Sequence record: SRR2962707_2248
Direction: 5' to 3' (one strand)
Length of the DNA: 40,031 bases
In this document: positions 19,744 to 28,710 of the stretch, one piece after another
Numbering within the stretch: the first letter of the stretch is position 1
Layout of the letters: each line of letters opens with the position of its first letter
Made by a program: the position numbers and the translations under genes
Notes under the pieces: model-generated
What the model saw: the letters and a program-made list of their open reading frames with translations, nothing else
The model's database searches: none
What the model was told of the DNA's origin: nothing

Positions 19744-21396
19744 ATGAAACGGTTATCAGGGTTATTAGCGCTTGCTCCATTATTGGTTGGAGCAAGGGGT
19801 GATGAAGATTTAATAATTTCAGAGCAGGCTGTTTCAGTTTGCTCTATTCAGCAGGTTCAAAACCCGTCAACAGGAGAGTATTTTACTAACCTGTTGAGCA
19901 CGGAAAATTGGCCCGCCAGATGGACTTGCGGTACATGGTCTGCCGCAGATGGATGGATTTACATCATATCCGATCTCATCATCTTTGCCGCCTATTTGTC
20001 TATTCCCATCATGCTGTTCATATATCTCTGGAAGCGTAATTTGGGATTCTTTAAGCCTCTGACTTTTGCATTCGGTGTTTTCATACTTTCCTGTGGTGTT
20101 ACACATCTCGTTGATGCGATTATTTTTTGGGAACCGATCTATCGTTTTAGCGGATTCGTCAGGGCAATCACAGCGGTTGTTTCTGTTGCTACCGTGGGAC
20201 TGATGATAAAATCTATTCCAACAGCACTAACATTTAAAAGTCCGGTCACATTACAAAGAGAAGTTGATTTGGCCGTTGCTGAATCAAAGGAATTGAATAG
20301 TATACTCCAGGAGTCTTTCAGTATTGCCAAGATCGGTACATGGAAATTGGATCTTCAAACCAGTCAAGTAATATGGAGTGATTCATTGTACGATATTTAC
20401 GAAATCCCACATGGGACACCTATTGATCTGCAAAAAAGTCTGGATATGTACCCGGGACAGGAAAAGCTCATAGAGGATACCATAGCTAAGGCAATCGCGG
20501 ACAGAAGTAATTATGATCTGGAATTGCTGGTAACTAAACCCAATGGTGAACAGCTTTGGACAAAAGCCATTGGTATTTTAGAGGTCCATGGAGAAGAGGT
20601 CACAAGCATTCGGGGCTATGTGATGGACATTGATACAAGTAAACAATTAGAGGTTGAACGGAAAAAATCCCGTGAAAAATTGGAGAAAGAGGTGAACACC
20701 AGGACGAGGGAGCTGAAGGCGGTGAATCAGGAACTGGAATCATTTAGTTATTACATTTCTCATGACTTAAGAGCTCCACTTAGAGCGATTAATGGTTTTT
20801 CTGAAGCACTTCTCGAAGACTACAAGCCTAAACTTGACGATGAGGCTAGCAGATATTTAGACAGGATATCCTATAACAGTCGAAAAATGGGTGAGCTGAT
20901 CGATGATATTCTTGCATTTAGCCGGATGAACCGTAAGGAAACCAACTTTAAAAGTGTAAATCTCAGTAAAGTAGTTACTGATCTGATCAATAATCTGTTT
21001 GTCGAATCTAAATCAATTATTCAAGTCAGAAATCTTCCTGAAATCTATGGGGATAAAGAAATGATTAATCAGGTTTTCGCAAACCTTTTATCAAATGCAA
21101 TTAAATATTCCTCAAAAGAAGAATCACCTTTAATCGAAATAGTTGGAGAAGAATTCGAGGACTCATACTTAGTTAAAATCGTCGATAATGGTGTTGGGTT
21201 TAACATGCAATATGCCGACAAGCTATTTATGGTATTTCAAAGGTTACATTCAGATGAGGAATTTGAAGGCACAGGAGTAGGTCTGGCTCTTTGCCAAAGA
21301 ATAATGAGTATGCATAATGGCGAGATATGGGCGCATAGTGAGGAAGGTAAGGGAGCAACTTTTTTTCTAAAATTTAAAAAGCAAATGAATGACTGA
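19744..21396 (+). CDS. Sensor histidine kinase: ETR1-like ethylene-binding TM domain + PAS + HisKA + HATPase
   Basis: ISDLIIFAAYLSIP...FGVFILSCGVTHL...RAITAVVS aligns to the ETR1 TM1-3 motifs. H-box ISHDLRAPLRAI, N-box NLLSNAIKY, G boxes DNGVG and GTGVGL. Confidence 0.9.
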   Translation: MKRLSGLLALAPLLVGARGDEDLIISEQAVSVCSIQQVQNPSTGEYFTNLLSTENWPARWTCGTWSAADGWIYIISDLIIFAAYLSIPIMLFIYLWKRNLGFFKPLTFAFGVFILSCGVTHLVDAIIFWEPIYRFSGFVRAITAVVSVATVGLMIKSIPTALTFKSPVTLQREVDLAVAESKELNSILQESFSIAKIGTWKLDLQTSQVIWSDSLYDIYEIPHGTPIDLQKSLDMYPGQEKLIEDTIAKAIADRSNYDLELLVTKPNGEQLWTKAIGILEVHGEEVTSIRGYVMDIDTSKQLEVERKKSREKLEKEVNTRTRELKAVNQELESFSYYISHDLRAPLRAINGFSEALLEDYKPKLDDEASRYLDRISYNSRKMGELIDDILAFSRMNRKETNFKSVNLSKVVTDLINNLFVESKSIIQVRNLPEIYGDKEMINQVFANLLSNAIKYSSKEESPLIEIVGEEFEDSYLVKIVDNGVGFNMQYADKLFMVFQRLHSDEEFEGTGVGLALCQRIMSMHNGEIWAHSEEGKGATFFLKFKKQMND

Positions 21397-21832
21397 ACTC
21401 AGGGAAATTCAAATAATCCTCGTAGAGGACAGCACGGATGATGCCGAGCTTACCATGCGATCATTAAAGAAAAGTAATGTGGTAAATGATATTGTATGGC
21501 TGAAAGATGGGGAAGAAGCATTGAATTACTTATTAAGGAAAGGACATTACTCAGAGCGTGATTTGTTAAAGAAACCAAAGCTAATTCTGCTTGATTTGAA
21601 GCTACCCAAGGTAAGCGGAATTGAAGTGCTGGAAGTGATCAAAAAAAATGAAGATTTAAAGGCAATTCCGGTAGTAGTCATGACGTCATCTCGCGAGAAC
21701 CAAGATTTAGAAAAATGTTATCAACTGGGAGTGAATAGTTATGTAGTGAAACCCATAAACTTCAATAAGTTCATGAATCTGGCAAATGAAGTCAGCATGT
21801 ATTGGGTCATGATCAATAAAACTCCGGATTAG
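21389..21832 (+). CDS. Single-domain response regulator (Rcp1/CheY-like)
   Basis: Motifs LVEDS, LLDLKLPKVSG (phospho-Asp), MTSS, NSYVVKP. Overlaps the kinase stop. Confidence 0.93.
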   Translation: MTELREIQIILVEDSTDDAELTMRSLKKSNVVNDIVWLKDGEEALNYLLRKGHYSERDLLKKPKLILLDLKLPKVSGIEVLEVIKKNEDLKAIPVVVMTSSRENQDLEKCYQLGVNSYVVKPINFNKFMNLANEVSMYWVMINKTPD

Positions 21833-21856
21833 GATTTTGAGAAGGTTGAGCGAGAT

Positions 21857-23626
21857 ATGGAAAACAAAAAGAAACCGATAGCAATACTATACCTGGAAGA
21901 CAATGAGGATGATGTGGAGTTGTTAAGACTAACATTGAATAAATCAAACTTGCATTACAATCTCTCATGTGTGTCCACAAAAGATGAGTTTCTGAAATTG
22001 AATCTTCAGGATTATGATGTGATTATTACAGACTATAACCTTACAGACTATGATGGCCTCTCTGCCATTAAATATATCAGATCGCTTGATGTGGCCATTC
22101 CAATAATACTTCTTTCCGGCACTGTTGGTGAGGAGCTGGCCGCAGATTTATTACGCGCAGGAGCTAATGATTTTGTTTTAAAATCCAACATGAAAAAGAT
22201 TGTGATTGCAGTTGAGCGAGGCATTAGAGAGACCTCAATGGTGCGTGAGAAAAAACGATTTCAAAAAGAGCTTCTGGAAAAAAACCTTATTCTGGATACC
22301 ATTTTTGACAGTTTTGACGATTTAATCTTCTTAAAGAATGCTGATGGGAGATATTTAAAAGTGAATAAGGCCTTTTGTGAATTTATCAAAATGCATGAAG
22401 CGGAGTTGGTTGGGCATACTGATGCAGAATTATTTCCTGGTAAAATTGCCGAACAATCCAAAGAACAGGATGAGTATGTGAAACTATCCGGAAAGCCTGT
22501 AACCTATGATATGGAAATGACAATCGACAATCAAAGAAAGGTGCTTGAAGCTACAAAAACACCCCTGATTATTGATGATGAGGTGACCGGAATTGTTGGT
22601 AAATATCACGATATAACAACAAGGAAAATACTGCTTGAGGAGACAATGAAAGCTAAGTCTATTTTAAGTCAGGCTGAAAAATTAACTCGTTCGGGGAGTT
22701 TTGAGTATGATTCAAATCTGGATCTGATTAGCTGTAGCTCAAATTTCAAGCATATTCTGAAATTACAGATTGAAGGAGACACCATTTCCTTCAGGAAACT
22801 TACTCACCTTGTAAAAGAGGAGGATCGGAGCATTTTTGTAGAAGGAATAACGACAGCAATTGAAAACTATGAAGAGTATCATAATGAACACCGTTTCCGT
22901 GTTTCCTTAAACGGGAAGGAAGGCATTTACTATTTTAAAGTGGTATTAAGGCCAGACTATAAGGACAAAAACAGTACGCGTTTTTACGGCACCATCGTAG
23001 ACGTAACTACTGAGCATGAAAACCAAATCTACCAGTTGGACAGGCAGGAGCGCGATCGAAAGGAAATTGCGCGAGAGTTGCATGACAACCTGGGTCAGAA
23101 GATGAATGCTATCTCCATGTTTATTAGTAAGATATCTGACGGTTTTCCTGACAACAAGGACTTGATAAAGGTTAAGAACCTGGCACATGAGTCCATCGAT
23201 GATCTGGGTTATCTAATCAATAATATTTCCGTAAAGCAAATTGAAGAGCATAGCTTAGGGTATGCAATTGACAAGCTAATAGGGTACATGCCTGAAGAAA
23301 TGATTGTGTATCGCGAATACAATATCGATGAGAAGATGCTTTCTACTTTTGTAAAAGCACAGGTCTACCGTATAGCACAGGAGGCTTTAAATAATGTCCT
23401 GAAGTATAGTAAGGCCACTCATGTTCAAATGAACCTTCACCAGGAAGGAGGAGTTTTAAGTTTGTATATTGAAGATAATGGGAAGGGGTTCGCGAAGGAA
23501 AAAGTGCTGACGGGTAATGGGCTCCAGAATATTATTCATCGGGTTCGCCGTAGCAACGGACTCGTGGATATCGATTCTAAGATCGGAGAGGGTACACGCA
23601 TCAAAGTAAAAGTTCCGGTTAGCTAA
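21857..23626 (+). CDS. Hybrid kinase: REC + PAS + PAS + HisKA_3 + HATPase (copy 1)
   Basis: LYLED, IITDYNL, FVLKS; PAS IFLKNADGRYLKVN; EIARELHDNLGQ; QEALNNVLKYS; EDNGKGF; GNGLQNI. Confidence 0.88.
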   Translation: MENKKKPIAILYLEDNEDDVELLRLTLNKSNLHYNLSCVSTKDEFLKLNLQDYDVIITDYNLTDYDGLSAIKYIRSLDVAIPIILLSGTVGEELAADLLRAGANDFVLKSNMKKIVIAVERGIRETSMVREKKRFQKELLEKNLILDTIFDSFDDLIFLKNADGRYLKVNKAFCEFIKMHEAELVGHTDAELFPGKIAEQSKEQDEYVKLSGKPVTYDMEMTIDNQRKVLEATKTPLIIDDEVTGIVGKYHDITTRKILLEETMKAKSILSQAEKLTRSGSFEYDSNLDLISCSSNFKHILKLQIEGDTISFRKLTHLVKEEDRSIFVEGITTAIENYEEYHNEHRFRVSLNGKEGIYYFKVVLRPDYKDKNSTRFYGTIVDVTTEHENQIYQLDRQERDRKEIARELHDNLGQKMNAISMFISKISDGFPDNKDLIKVKNLAHESIDDLGYLINNISVKQIEEHSLGYAIDKLIGYMPEEMIVYREYNIDEKMLSTFVKAQVYRIAQEALNNVLKYSKATHVQMNLHQEGGVLSLYIEDNGKGFAKEKVLTGNGLQNIIHRVRRSNGLVDIDSKIGEGTRIKVKVPVS

Positions 23627-23639
23627 AACAGTAATAAAA

Positions 23640-24278
23640 ATGAGGACACTTCTATTAGTGGATGATCACCAAATTATCAGAGATGGTATTCGGTTTTACT
23701 TCGAGGGCGATGACGAGTTTGTCATAAAAGATGAAGCTGAAAATGGCTTGGAGGCACTGGATTTGTTGAGGGATAATGAATATGACATTATACTTACGGA
23801 TATCAATATGCCAAAAATGGATGGCATAGAATTTATGAAAACACTCAGGGAAAATCACCCTGATCAGAAAGTACTGGTACTGTCCATGTATAATGAGGCC
23901 GGTTATATCAATAAAATGATTGCCCTGGGTGCAAATGGTTATGTATTGAAGAAATCGACCAAAGACGAATTGGTTGAGGCCATCAAAAAAATCCTTGACG
24001 GAGGAGATCATTATTCGGAAGAGGTATATAAGACAATCATAGGTAATATAGCAGGGCGAAAACCAAAGGAGCGATTGACCCTTGAAACAGAACTATCTGA
24101 AAGAGAAAAAGAGGTGTTGGTCTTGATCACCAATGAATACACCAATAAGGAAATTGCCGATAAGTTATTCATCAGTATTCGTACAGTGGAAACCCACAAA
24201 AGAAACCTTCTGGAAAAGACAGGTTGCAAGAATATAGCAGGCCTTGTGATGTACGCGGTTGAGCGAAACCTGGTTTAG
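23640..24278 (+). CDS. NarL/FixJ family DNA-binding response regulator (REC + LuxR HTH)
   Basis: Motifs VDDHQIIRDG, DINMPKMDG, LSEREKEVL, EIADKLFISIRTVETHKRNL. Confidence 0.95.
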   Translation: MRTLLLVDDHQIIRDGIRFYFEGDDEFVIKDEAENGLEALDLLRDNEYDIILTDINMPKMDGIEFMKTLRENHPDQKVLVLSMYNEAGYINKMIALGANGYVLKKSTKDELVEAIKKILDGGDHYSEEVYKTIIGNIAGRKPKERLTLETELSEREKEVLVLITNEYTNKEIADKLFISIRTVETHKRNLLEKTGCKNIAGLVMYAVERNLV

Positions 24279-24351
24279 TCTGCCGTTTTTTCTAATCTTT
24301 GAAATTTTAGTTAATTTATTAGAATCTTCCAATTAGGGAGATTTATTGCAT

Positions 24352-27300
24352 ATGGATCACCAGCTATTTATAAAAGATCTAAACAAACCTGTTGTCATCC
24401 TCGATGTAGATCAAGGGCATTTCATCGATTGCAACAAGCTGGCACTTGAATTTTTTCAACTATCTAAAAAGGAAATACTAAGCAAAAACCCCTTCGATCT
24501 AAGCCCACCGAATGTTTATGGTCATGAAGCAGCGGCCTACAGCAGACAGGTCATCCAGGAGGCACTTGCAGGAGCAAACCCGGTTTTTGACTGGATTCAT
24601 ATAGACAAGGAGGGTAATGAAATTCCCTGTGAAGTACGGCTATTCCGATTTCCTCCATTCAATAGGCAGCTGGTCAGAGGAACTATCATTGACAAACGAA
24701 AGGAAACAAATCTCGATTTACGGGAAACTGAAGAGCGTCTTCGGTTATCTATGGAGGCGTCTCAAATCGGAATATTTGATTTTTACCCTCAAGCAAACAA
24801 AGTGACTTGGAACGATCGGCTCTTCGATATTTTTGAGTTGGATCCAACAAATAAAATAGATCTAAATAAGCACTTTTTTAGCATCATTCACCCAGACGAT
24901 AAAGAGCAGGTTACTCAGGAATTTGAGGAAGCACTGAATCCCAAAGGTCCGGATACCAGAAGCAATGAATATAGAGTAATCGTCAGCGGTAAGACCAAAC
25001 ATGTTTTAGCTTATAGTCGGCTCATTAGGAATGATGATGGAGAAGTCATTCGAATGCTTGGTACCACTCAAGACATCACAGCCTTAAGGGAGTCTGAAAA
25101 GAGATTGAGGGAAAATGAAGAACTGCTAGACTCCATCATTCAGGATCAGAAGGAAATGATTGTCCGGTGGAAGCCGGGTGGCTTCCGAACATTTGTGAAT
25201 AAGGCATACTGTGAGACATTTGACCTTGATCCTAAAGAAGCGATTGGTAAAAGTTTCTTTCCTCAGCTGGAAAAATCTTTTCTCAAGGAATTTAAAGAGG
25301 ACATAAAAAAGCTCACCAGTAAAAATCCGGTGCGGACCTATACAATAAATAACCACATGCCAAATGGTAAGAAAGTATGGCAGGAATGGTCTGACCGGGC
25401 TTATTTTGACAGAAAAGGAAACCCTGTAGAATATCAAAGCGTCGGGAGAGACATCACTGCTCAGAGGGAAAGTGAACTTGAACAACAATTAATATCTGAG
25501 CGTCTTAAAGCAGTTTCTGGTAATCTACCTGGTGTTGTTTTACGTTACAGGCTCAACCCTGATTTTTCCGATGAACTAACGTTTATTAGTAATGGTATTC
25601 GTGATCTTCTAGGTGTGGAAGTAGATGATGCTATTTCTGATATAAACACGGTATGGTCAAGGTTTCTCCATGAAGATGTAGAGAAAGTCAAGCAATCTAT
25701 TCAAGAGTCATATATGCGTATGAGTAGGTGGTATGCCGAATGGAGAATTTATCTGGCAAATGGAGGAGTGGGATGGGTTCAGGGAACAGGAGATCCCAAA
25801 AAGCTTGAAGATGGCAGTGTGATATGGGACTCGGTCATCCTTGATATTACTGAGCAGATGCAAATCAAGAAGGAGTTCGAAAAGAATGAAAATCTTTTCC
25901 GATCCATCGTTCAGGATCAGGACGAAATGATCGTACGTTGGAAGCCGGGAGGTGTCCGTACTTTTGTGAATAAAGCCTACCTCGATTTCTACAACCTTAA
26001 AGAAGATCAGGTAATTGGTACCAGCTTTTTTGATTTGATTTCTCCGGAAGATCAGGATAGAGTAAAAAAGGAAATCGAAGCACTCACGCCCGAAAATCCG
26101 GCACGTGATAAGGTGCACAGTGTAGTTCTTCCTGATGGTACTCAAGGATGGCAAAAGTGGAAGGATCGCGCCTTTTTTGATGAGTCAGGAAATCCGGTCG
26201 AATATCAGAGTGTTGGTACAGACATTACACTGATAATAGAAGCCGAAAAAGCACTGGAAGAAAGTGAAGCTCGCTACCGTAACGTCTTCAATCAGCAATT
26301 TCAGTTCACTGCTTTGCTGGATATTGAAGGAAAGGTTGTGTTGATCAACGACCTGCCACTAAAGATTCAAGGTCTATCGAGAGAAGATTATACTGGAAAA
26401 TTATTTTGGGAATCACCGGGATGGAAGGGAAATGAAGAGTGGGAGAATAAGGTAAAAAGCCAGGTTCTTTTCACAAAGAAAACGGGAGAGCCTCTGATCG
26501 TTGAGGATCCTTATTATGGGGCTGATAAAGAAGTGAGGTGGGCAAAGGCCGCTTACAGTACAATACAGAATAGTGATGGAAAAATCGAGAATATTTTGGT
26601 TCAGGCGATTGACATTACGATTGAAAAAGATGCCAAAAAAGAGATTGAAGAGCGGGAGCGTAAACTCTCACTGATCTATGGTAATACGAATGATTTTATC
26701 CTTTTAATCCGGTGTGATAAAAATGGATATTTTATTGAAGAGATCAATGATAGCTGCATGCAATTACTTGATCTCTTCAATCTGGATATCCCCAAAGAGA
26801 AGCTAATTGGAGTATCCATGCATGATGTTTATGAAGATTTACTTCAATTCTCCCAAGAGAAAGTGACAGAAAGAGTCCAAGCTTTTGATTTTATAAAGAA
26901 TCGAAGAGAACCGGTCTCATATCAACAAGAGATGAAAACCAACAAAGGCTTTCTGATTACAAATGTCGATGTTGTACCGGTTATTCAGGAGGGTCAAGTG
27001 ACTCATCTTCTCATGGTGGCAAAGGATATTACGGAAACCTTTCTGGGTCAAAAGAAGCTGGAAGAGGCCTATAAAGAGGTAAATAAATTGAAGGCGCAAT
27101 TAGAGCAGGAAAACATTTACTTAAAAGAAGAGATCAAGCAAGCCAATGATTTTGAGAACATGGTCTTTAGGAGTAAAGAGTTTAGAAACGTTCTCAACAA
27201 AGTAGAGCAGGTGGCCAAGACAAATGCAACCGTTCTGATTACAGGTGAAACAGGGACAGGAAAGGAATTGATAGCTCGTGCTATACACAATGTCAGCAAG

Positions 27301-28086
27301 AGATCAGCAAAACCTATGATCAAGGTAAATGCGGCGGCCATTCCCAAGGATCTGATTGAGAGTGAGCTGTTTGGTTATGAAAAAGGAGCTTTTACGGGGG
27401 CGACCAGTGCAAAGCCAGGAAAGTTTGAATTAGCTGATGGAGGATCCATTTTTCTCGATGAGATTGGCGATATGCCAATGGACTTGCAGGTTAAAATATT
27501 GCGAGTATTGCAAGAGAGTGAGGTAGAGCGTCTTGGCAGCACCAACTCTAAAAAAATTGATATCCGAATAATTACTGCCACCAACAGGAATTTAGAGAGA
27601 GCAGTAAAGGAGGGGAAATTCAGGGAAGACCTTTATTTCCGGTTAAATGTGTTTCCTATCGAGATACCTCCTTTGCGGTCCAGACCGGATGATGTGCCTA
27701 TTTTGGTCGAGCACTTTATTTCGAAGTACAATTCAAAGCACAGCAAAAACATAAATTCTATCTCTAAGTCGGTGATGAATTACATGAGAAACTATGCCTG
27801 GCCAGGCAATGTCAGAGAGCTGGAAAATATTGTAGAACGGGCTGTTATTTTATCACCTGCAGGAAATCTGGAGCTTCCTGAAATAGTAGAAAGTGAAAAA
27901 ACCAAAGACAAGTGGGAGCATGATAATGCCCTCGATGTGATTCAGGAAAATCACATCCGTAAAGTTTTATCAGAATGCCATTGGAAGATAGAAGGTAAGA
28001 ATGGAGCAGCAGCCCAGCTTAAGATCAAGCCGAGTACGCTCAGGGACAAGATGAAAAAGTTTGACATAAAACGACCTAAAAGTTAA
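24352..28086 (+). CDS. Multi-PAS sigma54-dependent transcriptional activator (PAS array + AAA+ + Fis HTH)
   Basis: About seven PAS/PAC-like segments, [48 protein letters not shown], and C-terminal [16 protein letters not shown]. Confidence 0.93.
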   Translation: MDHQLFIKDLNKPVVILDVDQGHFIDCNKLALEFFQLSKKEILSKNPFDLSPPNVYGHEAAAYSRQVIQEALAGANPVFDWIHIDKEGNEIPCEVRLFRFPPFNRQLVRGTIIDKRKETNLDLRETEERLRLSMEASQIGIFDFYPQANKVTWNDRLFDIFELDPTNKIDLNKHFFSIIHPDDKEQVTQEFEEALNPKGPDTRSNEYRVIVSGKTKHVLAYSRLIRNDDGEVIRMLGTTQDITALRESEKRLRENEELLDSIIQDQKEMIVRWKPGGFRTFVNKAYCETFDLDPKEAIGKSFFPQLEKSFLKEFKEDIKKLTSKNPVRTYTINNHMPNGKKVWQEWSDRAYFDRKGNPVEYQSVGRDITAQRESELEQQLISERLKAVSGNLPGVVLRYRLNPDFSDELTFISNGIRDLLGVEVDDAISDINTVWSRFLHEDVEKVKQSIQESYMRMSRWYAEWRIYLANGGVGWVQGTGDPKKLEDGSVIWDSVILDITEQMQIKKEFEKNENLFRSIVQDQDEMIVRWKPGGVRTFVNKAYLDFYNLKEDQVIGTSFFDLISPEDQDRVKKEIEALTPENPARDKVHSVVLPDGTQGWQKWKDRAFFDESGNPVEYQSVGTDITLIIEAEKALEESEARYRNVFNQQFQFTALLDIEGKVVLINDLPLKIQGLSREDYTGKLFWESPGWKGNEEWENKVKSQVLFTKKTGEPLIVEDPYYGADKEVRWAKAAYSTIQNSDGKIENILVQAIDITIEKDAKKEIEERERKLSLIYGNTNDFILLIRCDKNGYFIEEINDSCMQLLDLFNLDIPKEKLIGVSMHDVYEDLLQFSQEKVTERVQAFDFIKNRREPVSYQQEMKTNKGFLITNVDVVPVIQEGQVTHLLMVAKDITETFLGQKKLEEAYKEVNKLKAQLEQENIYLKEEIKQANDFENMVFRSKEFRNVLNKVEQVAKTNATVLITGETGTGKELIARAIHNVSKRSAKPMIKVNAAAIPKDLIESELFGYEKGAFTGATSAKPGKFELADGGSIFLDEIGDMPMDLQVKILRVLQESEVERLGSTNSKKIDIRIITATNRNLERAVKEGKFREDLYFRLNVFPIEIPPLRSRPDDVPILVEHFISKYNSKHSKNINSISKSVMNYMRNYAWPGNVRELENIVERAVILSPAGNLELPEIVESEKTKDKWEHDNALDVIQENHIRKVLSECHWKIEGKNGAAAQLKIKPSTLRDKMKKFDIKRPKS

Positions 28087-28088
28087 TC

Positions 28089-28142
28089 CACGGTATACCG
28101 TGATTCTCATAATGCAACGTTTTTATTCCACGGATAACCGCG
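28089..28142. promoter_or_regulatory. Pair of palindromic upstream activator-like sites
   Basis: Perfect palindrome CACGGTATACCGTG (28089-28102) and a related copy CACGGATAACCGCG (28129-28142), 40 bp apart, both followed by ATT. Confidence 0.65.
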
Positions 28143-28231
28143 ATTATTTTCGATTAAGTATTTTACTTATTGATATTTAATACCCTTCATTGTCAGATAG
28201 TTACAGGTCCTTTTTTCTACCTTCGAATAAC

Positions 28232-28247
28232 TGGCACGTCCATTGGT
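28232..28247 (+). promoter_or_regulatory. Sigma54 -24/-12-like promoter
   Basis: TGGCAC-GTCCA-TTGGT versus consensus TGGCAC-N5-TTGCW (one mismatch at the -12 C). It lies about 90-130 bp downstream of the palindromes. Confidence 0.6.
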
Positions 28248-28259
28248 AATGGATTTTGC

Positions 28260-28685
28260 GTGACAGTTTCAAAAAATCAAATCGAGCTAAAGACAGGCAC
28301 ACATTGGATTGAAGATTCCTGTGTGCATTCTGCATTCTTTATTCCCAATGGTTGTCCGATGATAGACAGCCGAATGATCAGGGAGCATATTGAGGCATTG
28401 GATCTTTTTTTGGATGATGGTATAAGGATTCCTTTTTTAATAGACCTTACATCATCTGAAAGTGTGTTCAGCTTTAATGCGTTAAAAACCTGGGGACAGA
28501 GTAATGACCTTAATGCCTATCGATCGGCGGAAGTCTATGTAGTAGACACGCTTGCTGATTTGATCTTTTTAAAACAGCACATCCGACTAAATAAGCTGGA
28601 TTATCCTGCGAGGGTATTTCAATCTCTCTATCAGGCAAAAGATTGGCTCAGGAAACTCGGAAACAATCACCACAGTCCTATTTAA
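28260..28685 (+). CDS. STAS/SpoIIAA-like (STAS/SEC14) small protein
   Basis: PFLIDL, AEVYVV and C-terminal YPARVFQSLYQAKDWL typical of SpoIIAA-like proteins. Start uncertain; in-frame GTG 28260 chosen because upstream codons overlap the promoter. Confidence 0.55.
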   Translation: MTVSKNQIELKTGTHWIEDSCVHSAFFIPNGCPMIDSRMIREHIEALDLFLDDGIRIPFLIDLTSSESVFSFNALKTWGQSNDLNAYRSAEVYVVDTLADLIFLKQHIRLNKLDYPARVFQSLYQAKDWLRKLGNNHHSPI

Positions 28686-28710
28686 TCATTTAAATAAGGC
28701 ACAACTAGAA

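Noticed and set aside
19744-21832. Bacteriophytochrome (Cph1/Rcp1) call
   Set aside because: The kinase core and receiver are of that class, but there is no GAF-PHY photosensory module or DIP motif. The input domain is ETR1-like.
28170-28259. N-terminal extension of the STAS-like ORF from TTG 28170
   Set aside because: It overlaps the putative sigma54 promoter. Similar track extensions of xerD, aroQ, the AAC-like gene, the PPIase, MscS, 36433 and 39521 were also trimmed to more plausible starts.
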